From Macrostomum lignano (taxonomy: Eukaryota), in NCBI GenBank assembly GCA_002269645.1, contig NIVC01000393.1, positions 434,001-498,000 on the forward strand: DNA of 64,000 bases. The letters run 5' to 3'. Below are positions 24,101 to 40,730 of the stretch, in pieces. Every line of letters starts with the position of its first letter. The stretch's first letter is position 1. A program made the translations under genes and the position numbers. Below the pieces are notes generated by a model. It searched no databases. It was not told the origin of the DNA and worked only from the letters and a program-made list of their open reading frames with translations.

Positions 24101-25960
24101 CCGAGCAGACTCATCATCAACTCTGTCAACGCCTCGACCTCAGCGGCACAATACCGCAGGCGCTGCCGCTCCGGCGCCACCGACTGCCGATCCCGCCGAG
24201 GCCGCCATCGTCAGCAGTGTCGCCGACACGGCCGCAATGGAGGCGGAGGCTCGCCGCCAGCAGATGATGCTGCGGCCGCTGCCAGTGTCAACCAAGGACT
24301 CCGGCGGCTCCTCCGGCAGGAGCGGCTTCCGCAAGCTGGTGGCCTCCATGCGCTGGAAGAAGAGCCGCGGCAGCGCTAATCTTCAACGGGGCGGCAACTT
24401 CCGGTCGACAATTGGCGGCGGCGGCGGTGGAGCTTCCGGTGGCGGCGCGGCTGGTTCGTCGTCCTCCTCGACGCTGCCCTCGCCGCCTCGCCTTCTGTCG
24501 GCTCCGCTCACTCCGTCTGGCGCCGCCTTCGCGCACTGGGACTCGCGCCGGCTGGCTAGATGGTTCACCGACCTCCGGCTGGACATGTACGTCACCGCCG
24601 TGGTGTCTGATGGGTGGCGTGGTGCCCGACTGCTGGCCAGCAGCGACAGGGAGCTGGAGCGGGGCCTGCAGCTGCGACACCCGCTGCACCTGCGGAAGCT
24701 GCGCCTGGCCATCGAGCTGGAGACCAGCGGCGGCCGGCTGGACGACTATCTGCGGCCGGACTTCAATGTGGCCAGATGGCTGGACGATCTGGGACTGCGG
24801 CAGCACACCGACGCCTTCGCTGCCGCGGCTGCCGACCCGCTGCTGTTGGACAATCTGCGACTGGCCGACCTGTCGCACCTGCGCATTGTCAGCCTGCTGC
24901 ACGCGCACAGCCTGAGGCGCGGGGTGCAGGCAATGCGCCTGGTGGACTGGCGCCTGGACTCGCTGGTTCGGCGGGCTGGGACCAGCGCCGATCTGCCCAG
25001 GTGGACTAGCCATCAGGTTTGTACTTTTATTGGGAGGCTGGTGTATGTAGATTTGCTTCTGGAGAATGTAGCCTCAAATTTCCTGTGTTTTTAAAGAAAG
25101 ATTGTAGCTTCGAATTCTATATTTCTAAGAAAACTTCCAGTCTTTCTAGGAAATCTGGTTTCTAAGAAAGCTGCGTACGGCTGTTCAGTTTAAGAACTTG
25201 GGGGGTCGCCACACACACCCTCAATTAACCCCAGCTCATGCTGGCACCCATTTTACAGCTGAGTGAACTGAAGCAATGCAGAGTTGAGTGTCTCTTGCTC
25301 AAGGACACAAAATTGTGTTCCGAGTGGGTCCAGAATCGAACCCCTAACCTTTCAGTCGCGAGTCTGACCGCTCTAACCACTAGGCTGCAACCCCTCCTGG
25401 CGATTTTTTTCTAAGAGTGCTATTGCCCTTTAAATCCTATATTTCTAGGAAAGAGTGTCCTCAATAAAAATATTTCTAAGAAAACCTGGTACTCTTTAAT
25501 CCTCACAAAATCCCACGTTATCCCTCAAACGCGGCAGGTGATGGAGTGGCTTCGCCAGGCGGACCTGGCCGAGTACGCGGTGAACTTGCGCGGCTCCGGT
25601 GTACACGGCGCCCTCATGGCGCTGGAGCCGCGGTTCACCTGCGACCTTCTGGCGGCCCTGCTGTCCATCCCGGTCGAGAAGTCGCTGCTCCGGCGCCACC
25701 TGCTGTCCAACTTTGTCGAGTTGGTCGGCGCCGACACGCACACGGCAAAGATGCGCGCCCCGAACCCGCTGACCCTGGCAGGGAAAGTGAAGCTCAAGAA
25801 GCGGATTGGCCTGTTCTCTTCTAGTAGCACCGGCTCTGCCGCTGGCAGCAGCAGCAGCGAGACCTCGCCCGATGCGCTGCTGTGTCCGAGAACTTCGGAT
25901 TGTTTGGATCAGCTGCTGAAAATGAGCACTCCGGCTCCGCCTAGGCTGACTCACCTGTGA
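21185..25960 (+). CDS. PPFIBP: Liprin-beta-like scaffold protein (short coiled coil + three SAM domains), ~658 aa
   Basis: Exons 21185-21431, 22197-22595, 24109-25016 and 25538-25960 (phases 1,1,0). SAM3 WTSHQVMEWLRQADLAEYAVNLRGSGVHGALMALEPRF..SLLRRHL closely matches liprin-beta. SAM1 has LRHPLHLRKLRLAI, SAM2 has VARWLDDLGLRQH, and upstream GFRKL/RGG motifs are present. Confidence 0.88.
21590..22125. repeat. Pyrimidine-rich intronic repeat (CCACCTGTC/CCATCTGTC-type)
   Basis: Fills liprin intron 1. Confidence 0.92.
22688..24060. repeat. Intronic 14-bp minisatellite GAGAGTTTCCCA(C/T)T with 433-bp higher-order duplication
   Basis: Fills liprin intron 2; the rare variant TGTTAGTTTCCCATTGATAG recurs at 23301 and 23734. 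Confidence 0.96.
25170..25390 (-). mobile_element. tRNA-derived SINE with CORE-like central domain
   Basis: The minus strand has A-box TAGTGGTTAGAGCG, B-box GGTTCGATTC, then TGTGTCCTTGAGCAAG...CATTGCTTCAGTTCACTCAGCTGTAAAATGGG. It is homologous to the copy at ~46000. Confidence 0.85.
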
Positions 25961-26030
25961 GCTGACTCACCTGTGAGCTGACTCACCTGTGAGCTGACTC
26001 ACCTGTGAGCTGACTCACCTGTGACCTGAC
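25945..26030. repeat. 16-bp tandem repeat GCTGACTCACCTGTGA (~5 copies) overlapping the liprin stop
   Basis: Directly visible; the first copy supplies the TGA stop. Confidence 0.9.
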
Positions 26031-27084
26031 TCATTCAATCTTGATTGACGGGACAATCGCTGTGAGAATTTTGGTTTTGATACAAATTGCTGCCTCAGAA
26101 ATCGCGCTCAACGCCAATAGGAAATTGGCCTTTTAAGCTCAGATGCGTCCTGTATGAGCCTCAGAAATTGTCAAGTCTCTCGAGTACTTAAGCTATTGTA
26201 GTATTCATTAATAGCTATGTATTTTGCTACCTGTTTTAATAAGTTTTTTATTTTCAATTGGCGCAAAGTTCTACTCATTCTCTTGTACTGTTGGTTGTAC
26301 TTTTACTTTAATAGTTTTAAGTATTATTAATGTTTGATTAGTTGGAAAGTTTAGGCGATAAATTTTGTGCCATAAAACGTTTTTTTGTAGCCGGTTTGCA
26401 CTTTTTACTATCTGTGCTTATTTTTTCCCAATTTTCTATTTACATTTTGACTACTATGAGTAGCTATGTTTCGTAGGAAAGTTTTTGGCAACTCAGTTCA
26501 CGCTTTTTATTATTCGAAGCTTGAGATAAGCTTAAATATGCGCGTTCGCCTGCTTACAGTAGAGTAGTAGTTTGTTGCGAAGCTTTTTTAATTAATTATC
26601 GTTGTTGCTTGTCTGTCTTCCATTCATTGCTGGTTACTAGCTACTTTAGTCTATTTTAGTAAGTATCAAAAAGTTTGTTGTGTACTTTTATCTGTGCTCA
26701 AAGCTTTGCGCTATGTAATAATAAATCAACATTTATTTGCTTGATTTTTTGCAAAAAAGTTTGTTTTTCAGTAAACTCGCTGAACAACTCACTTGTGTCA
26801 CAAAATATTTTTCTGAGTTTCAAATTTAATCTCGCAATGCGTTTGGTCCGCCTTCGTAATCACGAGCAATTGACGCTTGTTATAAAATTTATATATGCTG
26901 CAGTTTGTTGTCGTGTGTTTAAATATAGCAACTGTTAACTTATTATTACGACGAGTAGTATTGATGCTTTTTAAATACCTTCTTCTCTTTCACCTAGGCA
27001 AAGGCTAGTATAATTTTTGCGTTTAGTAGCATGCAGAATATCACCAATTACTGATGATAGGTGTCCTAAATTAAGTTCGATTGC

Positions 27085-27460
27085 ATCCGATATGTATATT
27101 TAATCTGCCGATATGTATCGAAAGTATATTTAAACGGCCGATATGTATCGAATGTATATTTAAACGGCCGATATTTATCGAATGTATATTTAAACGGCCG
27201 ATATGTATCGAAAGTATACTTAATCCGCCGATATGTATCGAAGGTATATTTACTTCGCCGATATGTATCGAAAGTATACTTGATCCGCCGATATGTATCG
27301 AAAGTATATTTAATTCACCGATATGTATCGAAAGTATATTTACTTCACGGATGTGTATCGAAATTATATTTAGTCCGCCAATATGTATCGAAAGTATATT
27401 TAGACCGCCGATACGTATCGAAAGTATATTTAGTCTGCCGATATGTATCGAAAGTATGCT
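27085..27460. repeat. 30-bp tandem array (CCGATATGTATCGAAAGTATA + variable ~9 nt), ~13 copies, just upstream of the NuSAP ATG
   Basis: Directly visible; each unit contains the dyad CGATA-TG-TATCG. Confidence 0.93.
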
Positions 27461-27486
27461 ATATACCCTATGCATAAATTGCTGGC

Positions 27487-30400
27487 ATGTCGACTGAAGC
27501 CACTGATTTGGTAGCCGGCCTGAGCTACGCAGAGCTGCGCCGATGGGCAAAGCATTTCGGCGTCAAGGGTCGCCGGAAGGCGTTCAAATTGCGCGATTCT
27601 TTGCAGCCCTTCGCCGGCCAGATTGCCGAGGCCATGGCGGCCGAGTCTGCTCAGGATGATGTTGCTGATGCTGTTAAAGCGGCGCCAAAAGTTGTCGAAG
27701 AGGATTCGACATCGGCGAGGAGGCGAGGGTATGAGAAACGAAAGCTGCCAGTTCGTCGGGCCGCAGGCAGGAAGCGACAGCGCCAGTCGCCCTCGCCGGA
27801 GGCTGAGGCTGACGACAAGGCTGTTCCGGATTTTTCGTCTGGTAAAACCGGAAATTCTCCCTCGGTTACCAAGGAAAATTTAACTGCAAAATCGTCTGAC
27901 AAGATTCAGCTGTCAGCTGACAAGATTCAGAAATCAACTGACAAGATTCAGAAATCAACTGACAAAATTCAGAAATCAACTGACAAGATTCAGAAATTAA
28001 CTGACAAAAGTCAGGAATCAGCTGACAAGATTGAGTTAACAACTGACAAGATTGAGTTAACAACTGACAAGATTGAGTTAATAGCTGACGAGAGTCAGGA
28101 ATCAGCTGACAAGATTGAGAAATCAGCTGACAAGATTCAGAAATCAACTGACAAAATTCATGAAACAGCTGACAAGATTCAGAAATCAACTGACAAGAAT
28201 CAGGAATCAACTGACGAGATTGAGTTAACAGCTAACAAGATTCTGGAATCAGCTGAAAAGATTCCTAAAACAACTGACAAAATTCATAAAACAGCTGACA
28301 AGATTCAGGAATTAGCTGACGAGATTGAGTTAACAGCTGACAAGATTCAGAAATCAGCTGACGAGAGTCAGTTAACAACAGACAGTGTCGATCTAACAAC
28401 TGACAAAAACAAAGTATCGTCTGACAGGATCAAACAGTTGCCTGACAAGAATAGAAACCAGCAATTTGACGCTGTCGCAGTGACGGCCGAGAATGACGCC
28501 GCCTCATCCTGCCTGACAGATGACAGCCTCGACAGGCCGTCGCTGCAGGCAGCCGGCGAAGACAGTCAGAAAGAGAACGTGGCGCCGTCAGACTATTCAC
28601 CTGGCCAGGTCAGCCAGCACAGCGCCCAGTCCTGCTTCTACGTTGTTGAAGACGAACAGCCCGGCATGGCAGCCCCGAAGCCTGCAGCCGCGGCCCGACC
28701 CGCCGCTGCCGTCGGCATGCCAAATTTCGCCGACATCCACGCTAGAAACGCCGCCCGACATCAGGAGTCCCTGGCCGACTATCAGGCCAGGAAGGCGGCC
28801 AGAGCCACCTACCTGTTGAGCAAGCCGGTTACTAGCCAGGCTCGGCTGCACACTCACCAGGTCACCTCGACACCTCAGGGCCGGTCGGCGGTCACCCAGA
28901 CCAGCCCGTCTCCGCCGCAGTCGCAGCATCGCCAGGCTCGGCAGCCGCCGCAGTCGGCGAGTCCGGCCGTTCGCCAGCACGTCTGCCGACAGGCCTTCAC
29001 GCCCGGCTCCGGCTGTGAGTACCCGGCCTTGGCAGAGTTGGGTGGGGGGTGCTGCTGTTAGTAGCTGTGGCTGCTCATCTGGCATTTGGCTGCGTGCTTA
29101 CTGCCGCCTCTATTCATCCACACTGCCTATATGCTATGCCTCTGTGCCTGCTTTCCCTCTGTACCCTCCTCCCTTCTGTACCCTCCTGTCTGTACCCTCC
29201 TCCCTTCTGTACCCTCTTCCCTTCTGTACCCTCCTCTCTGTACCCTCCTCTCTGTACCCTCCTGTCTGTACCCTCCTCTCTGTACCCTCCTCTCTGTACC
29301 CTCCTGTCTGTACCCTCCTGTCTGTACCCTCCTGTCTGTACCCTCCTGTCTGTACCCTCCTCTCTGTACCCTCCTGTCTGTACCCTCCTGTCTGTAGCCT
29401 CCTGTCTGTACCCTCCTCTCTGTACCCTCCTGTCTGTACCCTCCTGTCTGTACCCTCCTCTCTGTACCCTCCTGTCTGTAGCCTCCTGTCTGTACCCTCC
29501 TGTCTGTACCCTCCTGTCTGTACCCTCCTCTCTGTACCCTCCTCTCTGTACCCTCCTCTCTGTACCCTCCTCTCTGTAGCCTCTTGTCTGTAGCCTCCTG
29601 TCTGTACCCTCCTCCCTTCTGTACCCTCCTCTCTGTACCCTCCTGTCTGTACCCTCCTCCCTTTTGTACCCTCCTCTCTGTACCCTCCTCCCTTCTGTAC
29701 CCTCCTGTCTGTACCCTCCTGTCTGTACCCTCCCTTCTGTACCCTCCTCTCTGTACCCTCCTGTCTGTACCTCCTCTCTGTACCCTCCTCTCTGTACCCT
29801 CCTGTCTGTACCCTCCTCTCTGTACCCTCCTGTCTGTACCCTCCTGTCTGTACCCTCCTGTCTGTAGCCTCCTCCCTAGCGTTATCGCTATTGCGGCGTG
29901 CCCGCAGAGGCAGGCAAAGCCAGAAGCAAAAGGCACACTTCCAGCAATCAGCTGCACTGGTCTGGCCGAACATGCGCAGTCAACACGGCGGGTCTCCTCT
30001 CTTCTTCTGCTGCAGTCTAATTTTTCCTGCGCGCCCGGCCATGCGCTGATGGCAGTGGTAGTGATGGATGAGTTGAATCTTCCACTCTGTGCTGCCGCCA
30101 GGAAGCGCTCCAATCCATCACCGGATGCAAAATACCTTTAGAGAGGCTGGGCGCCGCAAATGAAAGCAGCAGAAATGTATACCTTGGCTACAACTATGCT
30201 TACAAGCTGGCTAGCTGGAACCTACCTGTGGCCATCCATCACTGTCAGCCTGCAGGCAGGCGGAGACCTCAGCCAGCAGCAGCAGCAGCAGATGCATTCA
30301 ACTGGATTGCAGAGGCCGAAGCAGGTAGCAGCTACTGCCGCCGCGCCACCGAAGCACACCTTCAAGTAGGCGACAGTAGGCAGTTGTGGGCTGCTGCAGC

Positions 30401-33400
30401 AGTGTATTATCAATCTTAGTCACCAGGGACCGCCACCACAACTCAGAGAATCTACAGACAGGCACAAGCGGGAACCTACCTGACTGACTGACAAGGTTCA
30501 GGCGAATCAGGCATAGTTACGAGTATTTATATAGAAACAATCTTGGCAAGGAATTCATTGGAACTAGCCTTAAAAGGCCAACTTCTTTTCAAGCCACTCA
30601 CTGATAAGGCAGCAACTTTCTGTTTGTCTAAAAAACGATCCGCTGTCAAAACAAATCGGGAAGGAAACTAAGATCGGTGTCGGTTGTTTAGTTGGTGCAC
30701 CTGAACTTGCACCTGAACAGCAGATCTGCATATTACTCTGGCTGCATTCCGGCACACTTTAATTGGTACAGGGAGAGATGTAGAAGGAAGGGAGAGAGAT
30801 GTAGAAGGAAGGGAGAAAGAGATGTAGAAGGAAGATAGAGAGATGTAGAAGGAAGGGAGAGAGATGTAGAAGGAAGGGAGAGAGATGTAGAAGGAAGATA
30901 GAGAGATCTAGAAGGAAGGGAGAGGGATGTAGAAGGAAGGGAGAAAGAGATGTAGAAGGAAGATAGAGAGATGTAGAAGGAAGGGAGAGAGATGTAGAAG
31001 GAAGGGAGAAAGAGATGTAGAAGGAAGATAAAGAGATGTAGAAGGAAGGGAGAGAGATGTAGAAGGAAGGGAGAGAGATGTAGAAGGAAGATAAAGAGAT
31101 GTAGAAGGAAGGGAGAGAGATGTAGAAGGAAGATAAAGAGATGTAGAAGGAAGGGAGAGAGATCTAGAAGGAAGGGAGAGAGATGTAGAAGGAAGGGAGA
31201 GAGATGTAGAAGGAAGATAAAGAGATGTAGAAGGAAGGGAGAGAGATGTAGAAGGAAGGGAGAAAGAGATGTAGAAGGAAGATAAAGAGATCTAGAAGGA
31301 AGGGAGAGAGATGTAGAAGGAAGGGAGAAAGAGATGTAGAAGGAAGGGAGAGAGATGTAGAAGGAAGGGAGAAAGAGATGTAGAAGGAAGGGAGAGAGAT
31401 GTAGAAGGAAGGGAGAGAGATGTAGAAGGAAGGGAGAAAGAGATGTAGAAGGAAGGGAGAAAGAGATGTAGAAGGAAGATAGAGAGATGTAGAAGGAAGG
31501 GAGAGAGATGTAGAAGGAAGATAGAGAGATCTAGAAGGAAGGGAGAGAGATGTAGAAGGAAGGGAGAAAGAGATGTAGAAGGAAGGGAGAGAGAGAGATG
31601 TAGAAGGAAGGGAGAGAGAGAGATGTAAAAGGAAGGGAGAGAGATGTAGAAGGAAGGGAGAGAGAAATGTAGAAGGAAGGGAGAGAGATGTAGAAGGAAG
31701 GGAGAGAGAGATGTAGAAGGAAGGGAGAGAGAGATGTAGAAGGAAGATTTAAAGGAAAAGGGTCAGAGAAAACATAGGGCGGTTAAGGGAGAGGAGGGTA
31801 AAGAGGGTGGAGGGTAAAGAAGTAAGGAGGGTGGAGATTTAAGAAGGGAGAACTAGAAAAAAAGAGGGGAGGAGGTTGCAGATGGTAATCGAAGGTCCGA
31901 AAAGAAGGTACTGGCCAAGGACTCCTAAAGGCACATGAGAAATGCGTGTTCAATAACAACCCAGAAGTCTACGAGTTAGTTTGACTCGTATTTCTTTAAA
32001 ACGATTTTCAGCTAAACGACAGAAGTTCGATCTGCAGTCGAGCCTGTCTCGGCCTCTGACCTGGGTGCCCCACCGCGGCCCCTTGAAGCCCTTCGCTCCG
32101 GAATCGCCCGCCTATCTCAGCGGCAGCGGCGGCAGCGGCTGTGTGGGTCGCAAGAGGCCAATCAGTGCAAAGTGAGTGCGATTTTTTCCTGGGTTGTTTT
32201 TTTCTAGAGACAGATGGGACTTGAAACTCAGAGAGAGACAGAGATGGGACTAAGAGAGACAGAGATAGGACTAAGAGAGACACAGAGATGGGACTAAGAG
32301 AGACAGATGGGACTAAGAGAGAGACAGAGATGGGACTAAGAGAGAGACAGAGATGGAACTAAGAGAGAGACAGATGGGACTAAGAGAGAGACAGAGATGG
32401 GACTAAGAGAGACACAGAGATGGGACTAAGAGAGACAGAGATAGGACTAAGAGAGACACAGAGATGGGACTAAGAGAGACACAGAGATGGGACTAAGAGA
32501 GACAGATGGGACTAAGAGAGAAAGACAGAGATGGGACTAAGAGAGACACAGAGATGGGACTAAGAGAGACACAGAGATGGGACTAAGAGAGAGACAGATG
32601 GGACTAAGAGAGAGACAGAGATGGGACTAAGAGAGGGACAGAGATGGAACTAAGAGAGAGACAGATGGGACTAAGAGAGAGACAGAGATGGGACTAAGAG
32701 AGACACAGAGATGGGACTAAGAGAGACAGAGATAGGACAAAGAGAGACACAGAGATGGGACTAAGAGAGACAGAGATGGGACTAAGAGAGACAGAGATGG
32801 GACTAAGAGAGACAGATAGGACTAAGAGAGAGACAGAGATGGGACTAAGAGAGAGACAGATGGGACTAAGAGAGACAGATGGGACTAAGAGAGAGACAGA
32901 GATGGGACTAAGAGAGACACAGAGATGGGACTAAGAGAGACAGAGATGGGACTAAGAGAGACAGATGGGACTAAGAGAGAGACAGAGATGGGACTAAGAG
33001 AGAGACAGATGGGACTAAGAGAGACAGATGGGACTAAGAGAGACAGATGGGACTAAGAGAGACAGATAGGACTAAGAGAGAGACAGAGATGGGACCAAGA
33101 GAGACAGATATAGGACTAAGAGAGAGACAGAGATGGGACTAAGAGAGAGACAGAGATGGGACTAAGAGAGACACAGAGATGGGACTTAGAGAGACAGAGA
33201 TGGGACTAAGAGAGACAGATGGGACTAAGAGAGAGACAGAGATGGGACTAAGAGAGAGACAGATGGGACTAAGAGAGAGACAGAGATGGGACTAAGAGAG
33301 AGACAGAGATGGAACTAAGAGAGACAGAGATGGGACTAAGAGAGAGACAGAGATGGGACTAAGAGAGAGAGACAGAGATGGGACTAAGAGAGACAGAGAT

Positions 33401-34533
33401 GGGACTAAGAGAGACACAGAGATGGGACTAAGAGAGACAGAGATGGGACTAAGAGAGACAGAGATGGGACTAAGAGAGAGACAGAGATGGAACTAAGAGA
33501 GAGACAGATGGGACTAAGAGAGAGACAGAGATGGGACTAAGAGAGAGACAGAGATGGGACTAAGAGAGAGAGACAGAGATGGGACTAAGAGAGACAGAGA
33601 TGGGACTAAGAGAGACACAGAGATGGGACTAAGAGAGACACAGAGATGGGACTAAGAGAGACAGAGATGGGACTAAGAGAGACAGATGGGACTAAGAGAG
33701 AGACAGAGATGGGACTAAGAGAGAAACAGAGATGGGACTAAGAGAGAGACAGATGGGACTAAGAGAGACAGATGGGACTAAGAGAGAGACAGAGATGGGA
33801 CTAAGAGAGACAGATGGGACTAAGAGAGAGACAGAGATGGGACTAAGAGAGAGACAGAGATGGGACTAAGAGAGAGACAGAGATGGGACTAAGAGAGACA
33901 CAGAGATGGGACTAAGAGAGACAGAGATAGGACTAGAGAGACACAGAGATGGGACTAAGAGAGACAGAGATAGGACTAAGAGAGACAGAGATGGGACTAA
34001 GAGAGACACAGAGATGGGACTAAGAGAGACAGAGATAGGACTAAGAGAGACAGATGGGACTAAGAGAGAGACAGAGATGGGACTAAGAGAGACAAAGATG
34101 GGACTAAGAGAGACAGAGATAGGACTAAGAGAGACACAGAGATGGGACTAAGAGAGACAGAGATAGGACTAAGAGAGACAGATGGGACTAAGAGAGACAG
34201 AGATGGGACTAAGAGAGACAGAGATGAGACTAAGAGAGACAGAGATAGGACTAAGAGAGACACATAGATGGGACTAAGAGAGACAGAGATAGGACTAAGA
34301 GAGACAGATGGGACTAAGAGAGAGACAGAGATGGGACTAAGAGAGACAGAGATGGGACTAAGAGAGACAGAGATGGGACTAAGAGAGACAGATAGGACTA
34401 ATAGAGACAGAGATGGGACTAAGAGAGAGACAGAGATGGGACCAAGGATTAGTTCCTCTGAACCTCCAATTGCAGAGAGGCCGCAGCAGACAGCGCCAGT
34501 GCAGCAAAGCGCAAGCACTTGGACCTGCCTTGA
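27487..34533 (+). CDS. NUSAP1: Nucleolar and spindle-associated protein (NuSAP) homologue
   Basis: N-terminal SAP-like motif LSYAELRRWAKHFGVKGRRKAFKL, NuSAP motif MPNFADIHARNAARHQESLADYQARK, and C-terminal FDLQSSLSRPLTWVPHRGPLKPF. Confident exons are 27487-29014 (donor GTGAGT), 32012-32171 and 34476-34533. One or more internal exons between ~29880 and 30370 could not be phased. Confidence 0.82.
27885..28440 (+). repeat. 21-bp in-frame repeat in NuSAP ORF encoding heptads (ADKIQKS/TDKIELT)
   Basis: About 26 diverged units, stop-free in the NuSAP frame. Confidence 0.9.
29155..29872. repeat. Intronic ~14-bp pyrimidine-rich repeat CT(C/G)TCTGTACCCTC
   Basis: NuSAP intron. Confidence 0.95.
30772..31745. 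repeat. Intronic purine-rich 21-25-bp repeat GATGTAGAAGGAAGGGAGAGA
   Basis: NuSAP intron. Confidence 0.95.
32205..34440. repeat. Intronic 19-25-bp repeat GATGGGACTAAGAGAGACAGA
   Basis: Fills NuSAP intron 32172-34475. Confidence 0.96.
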
Positions 34534-35104
34534 GGCCTGCTGGCCCAGCCGTTGGTATTCCGCAATTACATTGCATCAGTGTCTGTGCATGATAGACTGG
34601 TTTATTGCGCAGCTGATACTGAAAACTACGCAGGTGGTGTCTGTTGTGCATCTTAGTTTCCTTTTGCATCATTTAGTTATAATTTTATAATAACTAACGC
34701 TTTTTACTGCGTTGCTTTTTAAGCCGGCATTTTCTGTTGACATAATAACTATCAATGCAGCTCTGGTTTAATTCTGTATTTCATTGACTGTCTGGTTTTG
34801 TTGTTTGCTGCTGCAGGTGTTTTTTTTTAATATTTGTATTAGTTATTATTCATTTGAATTGGTGCTCCCACATTTTTTATAAGTTTTCTATTTGCTTAGC
34901 TTACAATATACTTTATAGTGCAATGCAGTTATAAACTTCACTTTCATAATTTAAATTTAAAATTATGCTAGTAACACGGCTCATTGTGTACTATACTGCA
35001 CAGTACTAATCCAAACCTTATTCGACTTAACTTTTAATTTTGTTTTAATGCTTTAAGATTACAGAATCTTATCAAAAAATTACAGAACAGAAATTATTGT
35101 CTGG

Positions 35105-35630
35105 CGATGATGTAGATTAGATGCTGTGAGAGATTATTGAGATTAGATGCATTGAGAGATTATTGAGATTAGATGCTGTCTAGAGTCTGAGATGATGTAG
35201 ATTAGATGCAATGTGAGAGATGATTGAGATTAGATGCAGTGAGAGATACTTGAGATTAGATACAGTCTTGAGTCTCAGACGATGTAGATTAGATGCAGTG
35301 TGAGAGATGATTGAGATTAGATGCAGTGTGGGAGATGATTGAGATTAGATGCAGTGTGTGAGATGATTGAAATTAGATGCAGTGTGGGAGATGATTGAGA
35401 TTAGATGCGGTTTGGGAGATGATTGAGATTAGATGCTGTGTGAGAGATGATTGAGATTATATGCAATGTGGGAGATGATTGAGATTATATGCAGTGTGGG
35501 AGATGATTAAGATTAGATGCAGTGTGGGAGATGATTGGGATTAGATGCAGTGTGTGAGATGATGTAGATTAGATGCAGTTTGGGAGATGATTGAGATTAG
35601 ATGCGGTTTGGGAGATGATGTAGATTTGCA
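35105..35630. repeat. ~27-bp minisatellite GAGATGATTGAGATTAGATGCAGTGTG
   Basis: Intergenic array between NuSAP and Wnt. Confidence 0.92.
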
Positions 35631-35931
35631 AGAAAAGCATGACCAGCAGGAGCGGAACGAATCCCATTGGCTAAGAGCTGCACAGCCAATGAGAAGGCCG
35701 CCTACATAATTGACGGCGTTGCTACTTATTTTTGACGAAGTCAAGCAATGTGGGGTTGAACCAGTTCAAAGAGAAGTCTGTCCTGCACTGCAACACAGGA
35801 GCGGCTATTTCTAAGAATCGCCTAACAGTGGGATAATTATCCCCACATCAAATGCCAGTGGATCTGGTAGTGCCTGGGCGAACTTCTATCGCCAAATAAG
35901 TTATCTCTGCTAGTTCAAGTATATTAAAAGC

Positions 35932-39957
<4,026 letters not shown>

Positions 39958-40014
39958 GGGACTGGCTGGAGTGCCGAGCCGAGGGTCCGCCTGACTCACC
40001 TTTTTGAGCTTGTT

Positions 40015-40730
40015 GACCCGGATGCTAGGGATGTTGACCCAGTTACTGAGGGGATGTTGACCCAGTTATTGAGGGGATGTTGACCCAGTTATTGAGGTGA
40101 TGTTGACCCAGTTACTGAGGGGATGTTGACCCAGTTATTGACGGGATGTTGACCCAGTTATTGAGGGGATGTTGACCCAGTTATTGAGGGGATGTTGACC
40201 CAGTTACTGAGGGGATGTTGACCCAGTTATTGAGGGGATGTTGACCCAGTTACTGAGGGGATGCTGACCCAGTTATTGAGGGGATGTTGACCCAGTTATT
40301 GAGGGGATGTTGACCCAGTTATTGAGGAGATGTTGACCCAGTTATTGACGGGATGTTGACCCAGTTATTGAGGAGATGTTGACCCAGTTATTGAGGGGAT
40401 TTTTTACCCAGTTATTGAGGAGATGTTGACCCAGTTATTGAGGGGATGTTGACCCAGTTATTGAGGAGATGTTGACCCAGTTATTGACGGGATGTTGACC
40501 CAGTTATTGAGGAGATGTTGACCCAGTTATTGAGGGGATTTTTTACCCAGTTATTGAGGAGATGTTGACCCAGTTATTGACGGGATGTTGACCCAGTTAT
40601 TGAGGTGATGTTGATCCAGCTATTGAGGGGATGTTGACCCAGTTATTGAGGGGATGTTGACCCAGTTATTGAGGTGATGTTGATCCAGTTATTGAGGAGG
40701 TATTGACCCAGATGTTGAGGGGATGTTGCA
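40015..40730. repeat. 23-bp minisatellite GATGTTGACCCAGTTATTGAGGG
   Basis: Begins about 60 bp after the Wnt stop codon. Confidence 0.95.

Noticed and set aside
27085-27460. CRISPR-like pattern (constant core plus variable segment)
   Set aside because: The variable parts are only ~9 nt and related to each other, the context is eukaryotic and there are no cas genes.
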